Source: Folioceros fuciformis | Lineage: Eukaryota | DNA length: 64,000 bases | NCBI GenBank assembly: GCA_049999805.1 | Contig: JBNGIO010006283.1 | Span: forward strand, 234,742-298,741 | Direction: 5' to 3' | Shown here: piece by piece, positions 61,963 through 64,000 of the stretch | Position numbering within the stretch: position 1 is the first letter of the stretch | How the letters are laid out: each line of letters begins with the position of its first letter | The notes under the pieces: generated by a model | The model's database searches: none | The model's input: only the letters and a program-made list of their open reading frames with translations | Told to the model about the DNA's origin: nothing | Position numbers and translations under genes: made by a program

Positions 61963-63441
61963 ATGGCGACGCAGGTGCCGCTGGCGTACATAAACGGGTC
62001 GGCCACTTCGTCCGTTCCCGACTGGCTGAACAAGGGCGACAACGCATGGCAGCTGACGGCGGGGACACTGGTAGGAATGCAATCGGTGCCGGGGCTGGTG
62101 ATCCTGTACGGCAGCATAGTGAAGAAGAAGTGGGCGGTGAACTCCGCCTTCATGGCGCTGTACGCGTACGCGGCAGTGCTGCTGTGCTGGGTGCTATATG
62201 GCTACAAGATGAGCTTCGGGGAGAAGCTGCTGCCCTTCTGGGGGAAGGCGGGCTTCTCGCTGGATTACAAATTCCTTGTGGCACAGTCCATCCTGCCCAG
62301 CACCGAGCACAGGTACAGTCACGGCGACGCCACCCATCCCAAGGGCAGCGTCGAGACGCCCGTCACCATGCCCTTCTACCCGGCTGCCACCATGGTGTAC
62401 TTCCAGTTCGTGTTCGCAGCCATCACCCTCATCCTCATCGCCGGCTCGCTCCTGGGCCGCATGTCCACCAAAGCCTGGATCCTCTTCGTGCCCCTGTGGC
62501 TCACCTTCTCCTACACCGTGGGTGCCTTCAGCCTGTGGGGCGGCGGCTTCCTCTACCACTGGGGTGTCATCGACTACTCCGGCGGCTACGTCATCCACCT
62601 CTCCTCCGGCGTGGCTGGCTTCACCGCCGCCTACTGGGTCGGCCCGCGCCTCACCCAGGACCGCGAGCGCTTCCCCCCCAACAACCTGCTGCTCATGCTG
62701 GCGGGCGCGGGCCTGCTCTGGCTGGGCTGGGCCGGCTTCAACGGCGGGGACCCCTACGCCGCCAACCGCGACGCCAGCATGGCTGTGCTCAACACCAACA
62801 TCTGTGCCGCCACCAGCCTGCTGGTGTGGTGCCTACTGGACGTGGTCTTCTTCGGGAAGCCGTCGGTGATCGGCGCCGTGCAGGGCATGATCACGGGGCT
62901 GGTCTGCATCACCCCCGGCGCCGGCGTCGTCCAAGCCTTCGCTGCCATCTTCATGGGCATCGCCAGCGGCAGCATCCCCTGGTTCACCATGATGGTGGTC
63001 CACAAGCGCTCCTCCTTGCTTCAGCACGTGGACGACACCATGGGCGTATTCCACACCCACGCCGTGGCAGGCACCCTGGGCGGCATCCTCACCGGCTTGT
63101 TCGCCGAGCCCAACCTCTCCTCCCTCTTCTGTGTCGTCACCAACACCAAGGGCGCTTTCTACGGCAGCCCCTTCCAGCTCGTGCTCCAGATCGGGGGCGC
63201 CGCCTTCATCATCGGCTGGAACGTGGTGGTCACCTCGCTCGTCCTGCTCCTCGTCCGTACCATCACGCCCCTGCGTATGGACCAGGACATGCTCATTATC
63301 GGGGACGACGCTGTGCACGGCGAGGAGGCGTACGCGCTATGGGGCGACGGCGAGCGCGAAGATTATTCTCGTCACGATCGCTCGCAGGAGCTCCTTCCTA
63401 CAGGCGACAATTTGAAGAGCCATCCCGATGAATCCACGTAA
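61963..63441 (+). CDS. AMT2: Ammonium transporter, AMT2/AMT3 (MEP-type) subfamily, intronless
   Basis: [103 protein letters not shown]. Confidence 0.96.
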   Translation: MATQVPLAYINGSATSSVPDWLNKGDNAWQLTAGTLVGMQSVPGLVILYGSIVKKKWAVNSAFMALYAYAAVLLCWVLYGYKMSFGEKLLPFWGKAGFSLDYKFLVAQSILPSTEHRYSHGDATHPKGSVETPVTMPFYPAATMVYFQFVFAAITLILIAGSLLGRMSTKAWILFVPLWLTFSYTVGAFSLWGGGFLYHWGVIDYSGGYVIHLSSGVAGFTAAYWVGPRLTQDRERFPPNNLLLMLAGAGLLWLGWAGFNGGDPYAANRDASMAVLNTNICAATSLLVWCLLDVVFFGKPSVIGAVQGMITGLVCITPGAGVVQAFAAIFMGIASGSIPWFTMMVVHKRSSLLQHVDDTMGVFHTHAVAGTLGGILTGLFAEPNLSSLFCVVTNTKGAFYGSPFQLVLQIGGAAFIIGWNVVVTSLVLLLVRTITPLRMDQDMLIIGDDAVHGEEAYALWGDGEREDYSRHDRSQELLPTGDNLKSHPDEST

Positions 63442-63688
63442 CAACTCCTCAGAAAAATCACCCCCTCGTCAAATATAGTTTACAAAATCCCTTTTTTCTC
63501 ACTACTGCCATCTCCTACCCTCCTGCTCCAATCTAGCTAGTCTAGTATTGCGATGTAATGAGCGGATCATTTACATACATAAATACACGAGTTTGATTTG
63601 TTTGCAACACTCATGTACCAAACATGAACTACCTATGACTATATGCCTACCTGTTCTGGCGCGGCTAGAGTTCCACTCGGCCAGCTAC

Positions 63689-63927
63689 CTACCAGGAACT
63701 TCGCAGACTGCCGCTGCTCCTCGTTGGAACCACCGGATCCGAATCCGCTATCTGTCTCAAACGCGTCACTAAGTTCTCAAACACCTGCTCCCGGCTTGTC
63801 AGACTCAGCCGCACAAAATTGGCATCCGCGCCGAAAATGCTCCCGCCCTCTCCTATTATGCCACCCTCTCGCAGCACTGCTGCACAATCCCGCTCCGACT
63901 CTCTCGTGCATTGGATCCAGGCGAATG
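63689..63927 (-). CDS. Last exon of an alliinase / tryptophan aminotransferase-related (TAA1/TAR) family gene; remainder outside the window
   Basis: After an AG acceptor: AFAWIQCTRESERDCAAVLREGGIIGEGGSIFGADANFVRLSL...FENLVTRL, resembling the Alliinase_C terminus. Confidence 0.8.
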
Positions 63928-64000
63928 CTGCGCGCAATCGTACACACGTATGTAATTTGTGACATCGTTAGTCAGTCGTCCAACAAACTCAAACAAAAGT

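Noticed and set aside
62046-63431. 461-aa alternative-frame ORF overlapping AMT2
   Set aside because: Arg/His/Pro-rich shadow ORF explained by the codon bias of AMT2; no recognisable motifs.

Overview
Gene-dense nuclear DNA from a land plant, with short GT-AG introns. The long-L-type PLS PPR genes suggest a hornwort or another seed-free lineage (inference). Left to right: 3' part of TAF2; a small F-box cluster (two intact intronless genes, a pseudogene, a duplicated fragment, Copia-like debris); NAP1; a non-LTR retrotransposon remnant; a PLAC8/CNR gene; SUV3-type RNA helicase; LTO1/ORAOV1; a disabled EFFECTOR OF TRANSCRIPTION (GIY-YIG) gene; a TruA/PUS1-type pseudouridine synthase; two head-to-head PLS-E PPR genes; HUS1; a small unknown gene; tandem ADP/ATP carriers; AK-HSDH; a PPR pseudogene; HMG-CoA synthase; phytoene synthase; an AMT2-type transporter; the last exon of an alliinase/TAR-family aminotransferase. 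Two observations stand out. The LTO1 stop lies only 14 nt upstream of the first in-frame SUV3 ATG on the same strand, a candidate nuclear bicistron. A single 2125-aa ORF holds two complete PLS-E1-E2-E+ editing-factor units in tandem. All family calls come from motif recognition by eye, no searches were run. Spans of multi-exon genes include introns and exon boundaries are approximate.
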